From the NCBI GenBank assembly GCA_043720395.1, contig JAYSSR010000014.1, positions 14,568-78,567 of the forward strand: 64,000 bases of DNA. The letters run 5' to 3'. The stretch comes from Acidimicrobiia bacterium (GTDB lineage Bacteria; Actinomycetota; Acidimicrobiia; Acidimicrobiales; JANYDT01). Numbering within the stretch: the stretch's first letter is position 1; every line of letters begins with the position of its first letter. This document shows positions 30,944 through 40,698 of the stretch, piece by piece. Made by a program: the position numbers and the translations under genes. The notes beneath the pieces were generated by a model. The model ran no database searches. It saw nothing but the letters and a program-made list of their open reading frames with translations, and was not told the origin of the DNA.

Positions 30944-32229
30944 AGCCGTACAAGCGGAACAACCCGGCCGTTCGGGTCATCCGACCACTCCGTGACTTTC
31001 TCGCCGCGGAGACGGCCGGCGGTGTGCTGCTCGTTGCCGCGGCCGTCATCGCACTGGTGTGGGCCAACTCGCCCTGGAGCGGTGCGTATCGCTCGTTCTG
31101 GGCGTCGCACATCGACCTTCGGGTCGCAGGGCACTCGCTGGACCTCGATCTTCGCCACTGGGTCAACGAGGGGCTCATGACGCTGTTCTTCTTCGTCGTC
31201 GGACTGGAGATCAAACGCGAACTCGTTGAGGGCGAGCTGCGCGATCGGCGTCAGGCCGCCCTGCCGGTCATCGCCGCATTCGGCGGCATGGTGCTTCCGG
31301 CGGGGATCTACCTTGTGGTCAACCTCGGTGGACGCGGTGGCAACGGTTGGGGCATTCCCATGGCGACCGACATCGCGCTGGCCCTCGGAGCTCTGCAGCT
31401 CGTCGCCCCGAAAGCGCACCCCTCGATGAAACTCTTCCTCCTCGTGCTCGCGATCGTCGACGATATCGGTGCCATTCTCGTGATCGCGATCTTCTATTCG
31501 AGCGGCGCCCGCGGATGGATGTTGGTCGGAGCTGCCACTCTGTTGCTCACGGTCGTGACGGCCCGATTCCTAGGAGCGCAGAGCATCGTTCTGTTCGCCG
31601 CGTTGGGGATCGCGCTGTGGTGGTTCACGCACGAGTCGGGAATCCACGCAACCATCGCCGGTGTCGTTCTTGGTCTCCTCACGCCCGCCCGGCCCAAGCT
31701 CACGCTTGACCTCATCGACGAAAACGACCTCGCTGTCCTCAACGACCTGTCCTCGGTCGCCGCTGTCCACGACACGGTCGACCTTGCACGGCGGACGGTC
31801 TCGGTCGTCGAGTGGATCGAACACCTGCTGCACCCGTGGACGACGAAGATCATCGTTCCGTTGTTCGTTCTCGCGAACGCGGGCGTCGCTCTCAGCGGAT
31901 CCTCACTGCGGGCGGCGGCCGGATCAAAGGTCGCGCTCGGCATCGTGATCGGCCTCGTGGCCGGGAAGTCGATCGGCATCACGGTGGCAGCGTGGCTCGC
32001 CGTGCGGCTCGGCATCTCGGACCTGCCCGACGGCTTGACCTGGCGTGGCGTCGTCGGAGTAGCGAGCCTTGGCGGCATCGGCTTCACCGTGTCCTTGTTC
32101 GTGGCCGGGCTCAGCTTCGACGATCCGCAACTCGAGTCCAACGCCAAAGTTGGCGTCCTCGTCGCAACCGCGCTCGCGACGCTCCTCGCTGTGGTCGTGC
32201 TTCGCGTCCGCGCGCATCGTGGGCGATGA
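30940..32229 (+). CDS. nhaA: Na+/H+ antiporter NhaA
   Basis: FFFVVGLEIKRE, GWGIPMATDIA, AIVDD, GIGFTVSLF. Confidence 0.95.
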   Translation: MKPYKRNNPAVRVIRPLRDFLAAETAGGVLLVAAAVIALVWANSPWSGAYRSFWASHIDLRVAGHSLDLDLRHWVNEGLMTLFFFVVGLEIKRELVEGELRDRRQAALPVIAAFGGMVLPAGIYLVVNLGGRGGNGWGIPMATDIALALGALQLVAPKAHPSMKLFLLVLAIVDDIGAILVIAIFYSSGARGWMLVGAATLLLTVVTARFLGAQSIVLFAALGIALWWFTHESGIHATIAGVVLGLLTPARPKLTLDLIDENDLAVLNDLSSVAAVHDTVDLARRTVSVVEWIEHLLHPWTTKIIVPLFVLANAGVALSGSSLRAAAGSKVALGIVIGLVAGKSIGITVAAWLAVRLGISDLPDGLTWRGVVGVASLGGIGFTVSLFVAGLSFDDPQLESNAKVGVLVATALATLLAVVVLRVRAHRGR

Positions 32230-32285
32230 GCAATGAGCGAGTGCCGACTCGCCGTGGTAGATCACACCGCGTAGGTTCGCGGACC

Positions 32286-33431
32286 ATGACCGCCTCTGTC
32301 TCGATTGATCGCGCCGCCGTTCGGACGCTCCTGGAGCGCGCGCGGCGCGAAGTCGACACCGGGTTGCTGCCCAGCGTCCAGATCGCGCTTGCACAGCACG
32401 GCGAACTCGTAGCCTTCGAGACGTTCGGCGACGCATCGAACGACAGCCGTTACATCGTGTTCTCGTCGACCAAGGCGTTCGTTGCGGGTGCAATGTGGTC
32501 GCTGATGGGGGATGGCTTGGTCGACGTGTCCACACGAGTTGCCAGCCTCATCCCCGAGTTCGCGACGCTCGGCAAAGATGCCGTCACCATCGAGCAGGTC
32601 ATGCTTCATACCTCCGGGTTCCCGTCTGCACCGATGCGGGTCCAGCTCGGGGCGACCTCCGCAGGACGCTGCGGACGATTCGCCGACTGGCACCTCAACT
32701 GGGCACCGGGCACGGCGTTTGAGTACCACCCGACGAGTGCGCACTGGGTGCTTGCGGAGATCATCGAGCGAGTGACCGGGCAGGACTACCGCGATGTCGT
32801 GGAGGAGCGGGTCACCGCACCTGCAGGGCTGCCCCGTGTGCTCGGTATCCCCATCGACGATGTTGGCGCTGCCCTGTCACCGCCGATGGCGCTCGTTGGC
32901 GAACCAGCCACGGCAGCAGAGATGAAGGCGGCGTTCGGAGTCGAGGCGTTGCCGGTCACGGAGGTCACTCCGGAAGCCGTTTTGCGGATCGGTGAGCCTG
33001 CCGAGCGAGCAGTCGGCGTGCCGGGTGGCGGCGGGTTCATGCGCGCGAGCGATCTTGCGCTCTACTACCAGGCCTTGCTGCACAACCCCGGTGAGATGTG
33101 GCGTCCTGAGGTCCTCGCCGATGCGACCGGCAACGTCCGCAACAACTTCCCGGACCGGCTGTCCGGGGTTCCGGCCAGCCGAGGACTCGGCGTCGTGATC
33201 GCGGGCGACGACGGCCGTTCAAATCTGCGAGGGATGGGACGCACGGTGTCGGCACGGGCCTTTGGCCACAACGGTGCCTATGGACAGATCGCGTGGGCCG
33301 ACCCCGCGACGGGCCTCTCGCTCGGGTACTGCACGAACGGGATCGATCGCAACGAAACCCGGCACCCGCGCCGCACCACCGCGATCTCCAGCCTGGCCGC
33401 GATCTGCGCCCGCCTGACGTCTCATGGCTGA
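32286..33431 (+). CDS. Serine hydrolase (class C beta-lactamase/EstB-like)
   Basis: FSSTK (SxxK), HTSG, FEYH, FGHNG; leaderless TAGGTT-N8-ATG. Confidence 0.88.
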   Translation: MTASVSIDRAAVRTLLERARREVDTGLLPSVQIALAQHGELVAFETFGDASNDSRYIVFSSTKAFVAGAMWSLMGDGLVDVSTRVASLIPEFATLGKDAVTIEQVMLHTSGFPSAPMRVQLGATSAGRCGRFADWHLNWAPGTAFEYHPTSAHWVLAEIIERVTGQDYRDVVEERVTAPAGLPRVLGIPIDDVGAALSPPMALVGEPATAAEMKAAFGVEALPVTEVTPEAVLRIGEPAERAVGVPGGGGFMRASDLALYYQALLHNPGEMWRPEVLADATGNVRNNFPDRLSGVPASRGLGVVIAGDDGRSNLRGMGRTVSARAFGHNGAYGQIAWADPATGLSLGYCTNGIDRNETRHPRRTTAISSLAAICARLTSHG

Positions 33432-34464
33432 ACCCCACCTTCGCTTTGCCTCCCGCCGTGACGACGCGATCGCGGGACTCTGCGGTGCGTGGATGGTTCT
33501 CGGTCTGTTCTCCGACGGCTGGGCGCACCGCAACTCGAAACCGGAAACGTTCTTCTCGCCGTGGCATGGGCTGCTGTACAGCGGCTTCGCCGCCTCGGCA
33601 CTGTGGATGCTGCGGATCGTCCGGCGAGGCCAACGCGAAGGTCTGCGGGGGCGCGGCGCGCTGCCGGTCGGCTACGACGTTCGCATCGCCGGTGTTGCGC
33701 TGTTCGGAATCGGCGGGCTCCTTGATTTCCTCTGGCATACGGTGCTCGGCATCGAGGTCAGCATCGAGGCGCTCCTCTCACCTCCTCATCTCGTGCTGCT
33801 TGCCGGCGGGCTGCTCATGGCCGCGGGTCCGATCGTGTCGACCTTGGCACGTGAACGCTCGACCAACGACACCGGCTCGTGGCCGGTCGAGGGCGCGATA
33901 GTAGGCGCGCTTACGTTCATGGTCAGCGTCATCGGGTTCTTCCTCATGTACCTGAACCCGTACGACCGGTGGGACAACGACGCGGCGCGCGGCCGGTTCG
34001 GGTCGGTACGGTTCGACCACGACGGACCAGCCACGGCCAAGACACTCGCCGGGATCATGCTGTTTTCGCTTATCACCACGCTCGCCCTCTCGTGGCTCGT
34101 CCGCGCGGTCCGGGTGCCTCGTGGGGGTTTGCTGGTGCTGATCGGCATGCCACCGCTCCTACTGAGCGCGCTTACGAGCTTCGACGCGGTGCTGTGGGTC
34201 GTCGGCCCGGTTGCCGCTGGCATCGCGGCAGAGCTGACCAGCGCTTGGCTCTATCGCCGACTGCGGCGCAGCCTCCGCTATCTGGCCACCTGGGTCGGCG
34301 GGCTTGTGTTGTTGACATGGCTTGGCATGTTTGCGGGCATGGCCGCGACACCAGGTATCGGCTGGAGCGCAGCCCTCTGGTCCGGAAGTGCATGTTTGGC
34401 CGCATTGCTCAGCGCGCTTACCGTTCTCGCCAGCGCACCGGCTCCGAACGATTCCGTGGGCTGA
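33424..34464 (+). CDS. Hypothetical polytopic membrane protein with two Asp-x3-His...His motifs
   Basis: ~9-10 hydrophobic segments; DGWAH-x12-H and DFLWH-x16-H. Confidence 0.78.
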   Translation: MAEPHLRFASRRDDAIAGLCGAWMVLGLFSDGWAHRNSKPETFFSPWHGLLYSGFAASALWMLRIVRRGQREGLRGRGALPVGYDVRIAGVALFGIGGLLDFLWHTVLGIEVSIEALLSPPHLVLLAGGLLMAAGPIVSTLARERSTNDTGSWPVEGAIVGALTFMVSVIGFFLMYLNPYDRWDNDAARGRFGSVRFDHDGPATAKTLAGIMLFSLITTLALSWLVRAVRVPRGGLLVLIGMPPLLLSALTSFDAVLWVVGPVAAGIAAELTSAWLYRRLRRSLRYLATWVGGLVLLTWLGMFAGMAATPGIGWSAALWSGSACLAALLSALTVLASAPAPNDSVG

Positions 34465-34527
34465 GCCGTCGTCGTTTCACGACCAGCCGAGCGAAGGGCT
34501 CTCCCGCTCGTGACACGGTCGCAAACA

Positions 34528-35406
34528 TCACTTGCGTTCGACGGCAAGGCGGAGGAAGGCACGGGCTGCGGGTGACAGATCTGTTCCGCGGTGGATCAAC
34601 CCGAGCGAACGTCGCAGCCGCGGCGTAATGAGGGCGATCACCGCTCCCCGTTCGGACGCTGCCCTGGCAATCGGTTCGGGGACCACGCCCACCCCTGCTC
34701 CGGCAAGTGCGAGCGGTGAGATTGCGTCGCGTTGACCCGTCTCGACGGCCACTCGGGCCGAGCGGCCGACTGCTGCGAACGCGCGGTCCAACAGGTCGCG
34801 CACCGACGTGCCGGGGCCGCCCAGGACCAGCGGATGCAACGCGAGTGAACGCAGGGTGATGCGGCCGGTCCCAACGGGTGCGGAACCTGGCGCGAACACC
34901 GCATAGAGGTCTTGGCGAACGACCGGGCGCACGACCAGTCCGTCTCGAGACGGTCGATCGGACTCCCCGAGGCCGACTTCGCAGCGTCCATCGAGGATCA
35001 TCCGCTCAAGGTCCTCCACACCAGACGGTTCCGCGACCCGCACAAGGACGTTGGGGTATGCCCGGCGGAACGTTCCGATCATCGCAGCGAGTGGATCGAC
35101 CGCAGCGGTTGGCAACGCCACGAGATCAAGCGTGCCGGCCAGCAATGCCGCTCGCTCGCCGAGAAGTGAGCGCAGTCCATCGGCGTCGCGCAGCAGTCGC
35201 CGGGCGGGTCCGACGAACGCCTCGCCTGCGTCACTCAACCGCACTGTACGACCGACGCGCAGAAACAGAGGTGCCCCGAGTTCGACTTCGAGCCGCCGCA
35301 CTGACTGCGACAACGAAGGCTGCGCGACATGCAAGGCAGCGGCGGCTCGGGTGAACCCGCCATGGTCAACCACCGCGACGGCATAGGACACCTGACGAAG
35401 ATTCAT
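34528..35406 (-). CDS. LysR family transcriptional regulator
   Basis: FTRAA..LHVAQPSLSQSVRRLE.ELG..LF.R HTH. Confidence 0.95.
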   Translation of the reverse strand: MNLRQVSYAVAVVDHGGFTRAAAALHVAQPSLSQSVRRLEVELGAPLFLRVGRTVRLSDAGEAFVGPARRLLRDADGLRSLLGERAALLAGTLDLVALPTAAVDPLAAMIGTFRRAYPNVLVRVAEPSGVEDLERMILDGRCEVGLGESDRPSRDGLVVRPVVRQDLYAVFAPGSAPVGTGRITLRSLALHPLVLGGPGTSVRDLLDRAFAAVGRSARVAVETGQRDAISPLALAGAGVGVVPEPIARAASERGAVIALITPRLRRSLGLIHRGTDLSPAARAFLRLAVERK

Positions 35407-35420
35407 AGGTACAGCCTATG
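35404..35420. promoter_or_regulatory. LysR recognition box
   Basis: Perfect dyad CATAGG-N5-CCTATG (T-N11-A) overlapping the LysR start codon; TTGACA at 35442 faces the ClC gene. Confidence 0.75.
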
Positions 35421-35476
35421 CAGCGCAGTGACAATGAGTCTTTGACAAATGAATTGGAATGCCGTGCAATGGTTGG

Positions 35477-36919
35477 ATGCGCGCACCCGCGGCGACAGCT
35501 CAACTCGGCGCGACTGTCGTTGGGCCAGTCACTCGTCGAAGTGAAGCCGTGAATTTTGGCGTCATTGTCGGCGTCGCGGTCGTCGCTGCAGCGTTCGCTC
35601 ACCTCATGCGCGAGGGCATCCTCCGCAGCGCCGAAGTGCTCGGCAACAGCAAGGACCCAACTGCAGCGGCCGAATCGCTCGCTCCGTTACTTCGGTTCGT
35701 CGTGGTGTTTGGTGGGCTGATCGCGGCAGGCGCAGTCGGACGTTGGGCCCAGCGTCGCCATGGTGACAGCGTCGGCATCGGCGCGGTTGCCGCGGCCGCA
35801 CGAGGTTCCGGAAAAGGTCCGGACGTGCGCGACGCACTCGTGCGCGCGAGCGGCACGTTTGTGGCAAGTGCGGCCCTCGGATCGGTCGGGCGCGAGGCCG
35901 CGATCATGGAAACCGGTGGCGCGATCGGGTACCGGGCGGGACGGTACTTCCGGCTCGACGCGTCCACGATCGCAGCCGCGGGCATCGGGGCAGCCTTTGC
36001 CGCGGCCTACCACGCACCGATGTCCGCCGTGCTGTATGTCGAGGAGCACCTCGGTGTGCGTCGTCGTCCACGCGCGGCGATTGCCGCAGCGCTAGGCGCA
36101 CTCGTCGGGCACCTCGTCACTATCCGCCTGTTCGGCGGACACACGCTCTTCACGCCACCGAACACGCACCATCGAGCCGATCTCCTCATGTTGGGAGCGA
36201 TTGCGCTCGTGCCGACGGTGCTGGCGAGTCGCGCCTTCCTGCTGCTGCGCCACGGGCTCGTTCACTGGCGTCCTAGCGCACGCAAGCTGAAGTTCGGCGC
36301 GCACGGACGAGCGGAGGCCTCCCAGCTGGCAGTTCCTTTTGGACGCTCGTCCGTGCGGAAGGAACTTCTGCGGCGATGCGCTACTGCACATACAGCTCGG
36401 TTCGCCCAGCGCTACGGGTTTGCCGTCTTGGCTGCGCTCACGATTGCGATCGTTCCGCAGGCGGCGGGCAACGGGATGGAGGCGATCCGCCACACTGCGG
36501 CCGGGGCGACGATCGCTGTGATCCTCGCGCTCGCGATCGGCAAGCTGGTGGCGACGTCGGCGACGCTCGGGAGCGGCGTACCGGGAGGTGCGTTCTCACC
36601 CAGCATGGCGGTGAGTGCCGGATGGGCGTTGCTGGCATTTGAGCTGCTGAGCCGCGCGGGCGTGTCGGTGCCTGGCGATCGGTGGGGTGGCGTCCTCATT
36701 GCAATGGCGATCGGGATCGCGGTCGGCGTCGAGGCACCGATGGTCGGTGCGGTCATCGTGGCCGAGATGACGGGCGACGTCGGCCTCCTCCCCTACACCG
36801 CACTGTTCGCCGGGCTTGCGTATCTGTTGAACCGCGGGATCACTCGAGCAATGACCCATGGCCGACGCCCGGCGAGCGTCCACGACGACGAGCTCCACCA
36901 CACGCACGAAGACGGCTGA
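35477..36919 (+). CDS. Divergent ClC-family chloride channel/transporter; start uncertain
   Basis: GSVGREAA, AAGIGAAFAAAYHAP, GSGVPGGAFSPS, AEMTG. Confidence 0.82.
   Translation: MRAPAATAQLGATVVGPVTRRSEAVNFGVIVGVAVVAAAFAHLMREGILRSAEVLGNSKDPTAAAESLAPLLRFVVVFGGLIAAGAVGRWAQRRHGDSVGIGAVAAAARGSGKGPDVRDALVRASGTFVASAALGSVGREAAIMETGGAIGYRAGRYFRLDASTIAAAGIGAAFAAAYHAPMSAVLYVEEHLGVRRRPRAAIAAALGALVGHLVTIRLFGGHTLFTPPNTHHRADLLMLGAIALVPTVLASRAFLLLRHGLVHWRPSARKLKFGAHGRAEASQLAVPFGRSSVRKELLRRCATAHTARFAQRYGFAVLAALTIAIVPQAAGNGMEAIRHTAAGATIAVILALAIGKLVATSATLGSGVPGGAFSPSMAVSAGWALLAFELLSRAGVSVPGDRWGGVLIAMAIGIAVGVEAPMVGAVIVAEMTGDVGLLPYTALFAGLAYLLNRGITRAMTHGRRPASVHDDELHHTHEDG
36300..36357. repeat. Palindromic element inside the ClC coding sequence
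   Basis: Perfect 14-bp arms cgcacggacgagcg / cgctcgtccgtgcg around a 30-nt loop. Confidence 0.7.
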
Positions 36920-36957
36920 GCGCCACCGTCCTGCGCGATAACGCTCGGTCTCGCGCG

Positions 36958-37076
36958 GTCGCGGTACATCCGGTGCATTCGCAGGTCCATTACAAGACAG
37001 TCGCGGTACATCCGGTGCGTACGCGGTGCATTCGGGCGCACCGAGTGCACCGCGATCGGACCGGATGTACCGCGAC
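36958..37076. repeat. Family A element (one full copy 37000-37076 plus an extra left arm)
   Basis: gtcgcggtacatccggtgc at 36958 and 37000; closing arm ccggatgtaccgcgac. Confidence 0.88.
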
Positions 37077-37092
37077 CTCAATGCTTGACGCG

Positions 37093-38496
37093 TCAGCCGG
37101 ACACGAGCGGCTCCACCCAGCCTTCGCCGCCGAGGAGACGGTCCGCTTCGACGGGACCCCACGAGCCGCGTTCGTAGGTGTACACATCGCCCGGGTTGTC
37201 GAGTGCTGGCTGAACGACTCGCCACGTCTCTTCGACCTCATCCTGACGGGCGAACCGACGGGTCTCTCCGTCGATCGCGTCGTCGAGCAGTCGCTCGTAG
37301 GCCTCGCGGCGCTCGCCGAGGGCTGCCGCGAAATCACACGAAAGATCGATGTCCTCGGAGTCGAGGTGCGGACCGGGCGTCTTCGCCTGGACGGTGAACG
37401 TGACACCATCGTTCTTGCCGAGGCGAAACCGGATGAGGTTCGGTCGCGGCTCGTCGCCGCCCGCCTCGTCGAAGAGCATGCGGGGCGGACGCTTCAGCGT
37501 GACCACAGCCTCGGTGGCCGATGCCTTCAGTCCCTTGCCTGCCCGCACGTACCAAGGGACGCCGGCCCAGCGCCACGAGTCGATGAAGAGCCGCACGGCG
37601 GCGAAGGTCTCAACGGTCGATCCCTCGGCCACGCCCGGCTCCTCGCAGTATCCGTCGTACTGACCGCGCACAAGCTGCTCGCACGACATCGCCTGCATTG
37701 CCGTAAAGACCTTCGCCTTCTCGTCGTGAAGGTGCTTCGCGTCAGGGCCGACCGGCGGCTCCATGGCGAGCAGTGCAACGACCTGCAGGAGATGGTTCTG
37801 GACGACGTCGCGGATCGCACCGACCCCGTCGTAGAAGCTTCCGCGTCCCTCGACGCCAATCGTTTCAGCCATCGTGATCTTGACGTTGTCGACGTAGTTG
37901 CGGCTCCATATTGGTTCAAGCAGCGAGTTCGAAAACCGGAACACGAGGAGGTCCTCCACGGACTCCTTGCCGAGGTAGTGGTCAATGCGGAAGATCCTCT
38001 CCTCGGGGAACACGTCGTGGAGGATCTTGTTGAGTTCCTGCGCATTTGCGAGGTCGCGTCCGAACGGCTTCTCCACCACGACGCGTCCACGCAGGTTGAG
38101 CCCGACGATCGCGAGTGACTGGATCACGACCTCGAATGCCGACGGAGGGATCGCGAGGTAGAACACGGCGTTCGTGGAGCCGAGCCTGTCGAGGGCGTCC
38201 TTGAGCTGACGGAACGTGTCGATGGCTGCGTAGTCACCTGCAACAAGGTCGAGGCCCTTCGCCGCCTGTCGCACGACAACGGGGTCGGCATCGGCAACGT
38301 TGGTGGTCATCGCGTCGATCGCATGCTGGCAGAAGGCTTCGTCCGTCCAGTTGTCCCGGGCGACGCCGATGACCGGCACGTCGAGGCGGCCGTGTTTGAC
38401 CATGTTGTAGATGGCCGGGAAGAGCTTGCGCTTCGAGAGATCGCCCGTGGCACCGAACAGCACCAGTGCGTCGGCTCGGGTCTTGGGAGTGCTCAC
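37093..38496 (-). CDS. zwf: Glucose-6-phosphate dehydrogenase
   Basis: FGATGDL, EKPFG, RIDHYLGKE, RDVVQNHLLQ. Confidence 0.96.
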   Translation of the reverse strand: MSTPKTRADALVLFGATGDLSKRKLFPAIYNMVKHGRLDVPVIGVARDNWTDEAFCQHAIDAMTTNVADADPVVVRQAAKGLDLVAGDYAAIDTFRQLKDALDRLGSTNAVFYLAIPPSAFEVVIQSLAIVGLNLRGRVVVEKPFGRDLANAQELNKILHDVFPEERIFRIDHYLGKESVEDLLVFRFSNSLLEPIWSRNYVDNVKITMAETIGVEGRGSFYDGVGAIRDVVQNHLLQVVALLAMEPPVGPDAKHLHDEKAKVFTAMQAMSCEQLVRGQYDGYCEEPGVAEGSTVETFAAVRLFIDSWRWAGVPWYVRAGKGLKASATEAVVTLKRPPRMLFDEAGGDEPRPNLIRFRLGKNDGVTFTVQAKTPGPHLDSEDIDLSCDFAAALGERREAYERLLDDAIDGETRRFARQDEVEETWRVVQPALDNPGDVYTYERGSWGPVEADRLLGGEGWVEPLVSG

Positions 38497-39566
38497 TTCG
38501 CTGCCGCTTTCTTCTCGGCGTGCCCACCGCTGTCCTTCTTCTCGGCGTGCCCACCGAATTGTCTCCGCATTGCGCTGAGAACCTTGTTCGCCGTGTCATC
38601 GTTGCCGCGGCTGGAGAAGCGGCTGAACAGGGCGGCACTGATGACGGGAATGGGAACGCCCTCGTCGATCGCCGCGAGCGCCGTCCAGCGACCCTCCCCG
38701 GAGTCGGAAACCCGGCCCTCGAACTCGGCGAGATGGGGGTCGGAGTGGAAGGCCGCGGCGGTGAGGTCGAGCAGCCAACTCGACACCACGCTCCCCCGAC
38801 GCCACAGCTCCGTGACGGCTTCGAGGTCGAGGTCGTATTGGTAGTACTGCGGGTCGCGAAGCGGCGTGGTCTCAGCGTCGTGGGTCTGTTCGGCCTTGCC
38901 GATCCCCGCCGTGGCGAGGATATTGAGCCCTTCCGCGTAGGCCTGCATGAGTCCATATTCGATGCCGTTGTGGACCATCTTCACGAAGTGGCCCGCTCCG
39001 CTTGGGCCGCAGTGCAGCCAGCCCTTCTCGGCAGGCACGAGGTCACCCGCGCGGCCGGGCGTCCGCTCTGCCGCTTCTACGCCCGGAGCGAGCGCGTCGA
39101 GCAACGGGCCCATGCGGGCGACTGCCGCGACATCGCCGCCGACCATCATGCAGTAGCCACGGTCGAGCCCGAAGACGCCCCCCGATGTGCCGATGTCGAG
39201 GTAGTGAATCCCCTCGGCCTTCAGCGTCCCGGCACGGTCGACGTCGTCACGGTAGTAGCTGTTGCCCCCGTCGATGATCGTGTCGCCTTCGCTCAGGAGC
39301 GGCGCGAGTTTCGCGATCGTCGAATCGACGAACGCTGCAGGCACCATGACCCAGACGTTGCGCGGGGCAGGCAGTGCGGCGACGAGATCCGCCAGCGTCG
39401 ACGCGCCAACCGCGCCCTCCGCGACCATCGTGTCGATCGCGGCCTGGTTCACGTCGTTGACCGCACACGAGAAGCCGGCGCGCATGAGACGCCGCACCAT
39501 GTTCGCCCCCATGCGTCCTAAGCCGATCATCCCAAGTACGGGTGCCGTTGTGTCTTCTCTCGCCAT
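38493..39566 (-). CDS. gnd: 6-phosphogluconate dehydrogenase, decarboxylating (short form)
   Basis: GLGRMG, IDGGNS, GHFVKMVHNGIEYG, VSDSGEGRW, FGGH; start ATG 39566. Confidence 0.95.
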   Translation of the reverse strand: MAREDTTAPVLGMIGLGRMGANMVRRLMRAGFSCAVNDVNQAAIDTMVAEGAVGASTLADLVAALPAPRNVWVMVPAAFVDSTIAKLAPLLSEGDTIIDGGNSYYRDDVDRAGTLKAEGIHYLDIGTSGGVFGLDRGYCMMVGGDVAAVARMGPLLDALAPGVEAAERTPGRAGDLVPAEKGWLHCGPSGAGHFVKMVHNGIEYGLMQAYAEGLNILATAGIGKAEQTHDAETTPLRDPQYYQYDLDLEAVTELWRRGSVVSSWLLDLTAAAFHSDPHLAEFEGRVSDSGEGRWTALAAIDEGVPIPVISAALFSRFSSRGNDDTANKVLSAMRRQFGGHAEKKDSGGHAEKKAAAK

Positions 39567-39618
39567 GGCGGTCTCCTGCCGTTCGTTGAGCCGCCAGCCT
39601 GCCACGCCCATCAAGGTT

Positions 39619-39683
39619 TGCGGCTACAGCGCCAAAGTGCTGCCACAACGACACGCTGTCGTGCCATAGTGGCGCTGTACGCA
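39619..39683. repeat. Palindromic element, family E copy 2
   Basis: tgcggctacagcgcca ... gtggcgctgtacgca; inverted relative to 23405-23464. Confidence 0.75.
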
Positions 39684-39699
39684 CAATCGTCGGCGCGAC

Positions 39700-40521
39700 T
39701 CAGCCCTCGCGGTAATCGCCAAATGCTCGATCACGGTCACTCAACGCGGCACGAACGCCCTTCTCTGCAAACGTCTTCATGTATGCCTTCGACGACTCCT
39801 GGTGGAAGCCCATCGCCTGGATGTCGGCACCTGCTCGTAGTCCCGTGCGAATTCCCGCAGCCTCCATCTGACGGTGTCCAGCACGCTTGTTCAGGGTGAG
39901 CAGATCCTTCGGGACGAGCGAGACCCGTTCCGCAATACGAAGGACTTCTGCGTCCAGCGCTTCAGCGGGGAATGCACGGTTTGCGGCACCGCACGCGACG
40001 GCTTCGACGCCGCTGATCGCGTCCCCGGTCAGGAGCATTTCCATGCCTTTGCGCATGCCCATCAACCACGTTTGCCATTGCATGTCCGGCGGTGACATCA
40101 GGCGCACGGGCGGATACCCGATCTGGGCGTCCTCGGCCACGTACACGAGGTCGCAGGCCGCGGCCAGCTCCGATCCACCTGCAAGGCAATACCCGTGGAC
40201 TTGACCGATGATCGGCGTCGCCATGTCCCACATCTCGAACCAGTTGTTCACCACGTGGCGGCTCCACCAACCGTCCTGACGGGCGATCGCTCGCTCCACG
40301 TTGCTGTTCGGCGAACCCAGGTCGTATCCCGCCGAGAAGCTCGGACCGGCGCCGCGGATGATCATGACCGACACGTCCCGCGACCGGTCACCTGCTCGGA
40401 GTGCGTCGAACAACGCCGTCCGTAGCTCATCGTTGAGAGCGTTGCGCTTCTCTGGACGATTCAACGTGAGTCGTCGCACCTTCGGAAGCGGATCATCGAC
40501 GAGAAGCACCGGCTCGGTCAT
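39700..40521 (-). CDS. Enoyl-CoA hydratase/isomerase family protein
   Basis: LNRPEKRNAL, FSAGYDL, HGYCLAGGSEL. Confidence 0.92.
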   Translation of the reverse strand: MTEPVLLVDDPLPKVRRLTLNRPEKRNALNDELRTALFDALRAGDRSRDVSVMIIRGAGPSFSAGYDLGSPNSNVERAIARQDGWWSRHVVNNWFEMWDMATPIIGQVHGYCLAGGSELAAACDLVYVAEDAQIGYPPVRLMSPPDMQWQTWLMGMRKGMEMLLTGDAISGVEAVACGAANRAFPAEALDAEVLRIAERVSLVPKDLLTLNKRAGHRQMEAAGIRTGLRAGADIQAMGFHQESSKAYMKTFAEKGVRAALSDRDRAFGDYREG

Positions 40522-40698
40522 GGCTGACACGATGCCTGCTGCACGAGCGCAACGTCCAACTGGGCGACTCAGGCGCAGTGCCTTAAGGACCCGCAAGGAA
40601 ACAACTTGCGCGCCCATGTTCGAGAGCGCTTTGCGCAGAACGGATCTGGGAATTTGGGCGCGCGAGTAGTTACCTTCCGTGCCCTAACGTCCGAGACC

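Noticed and set aside
31812-32285. N-terminal extension of the serine hydrolase
   Set aside because: Overlaps nhaA out of frame; a leaderless start at 32286 fits better
35404-35411. CATAGGTA shared between the LysR box and the deaminase promoter
   Set aside because: Dyad spacing differs (N5 between 6-bp arms versus N2 between 4-bp arms); most likely coincidence
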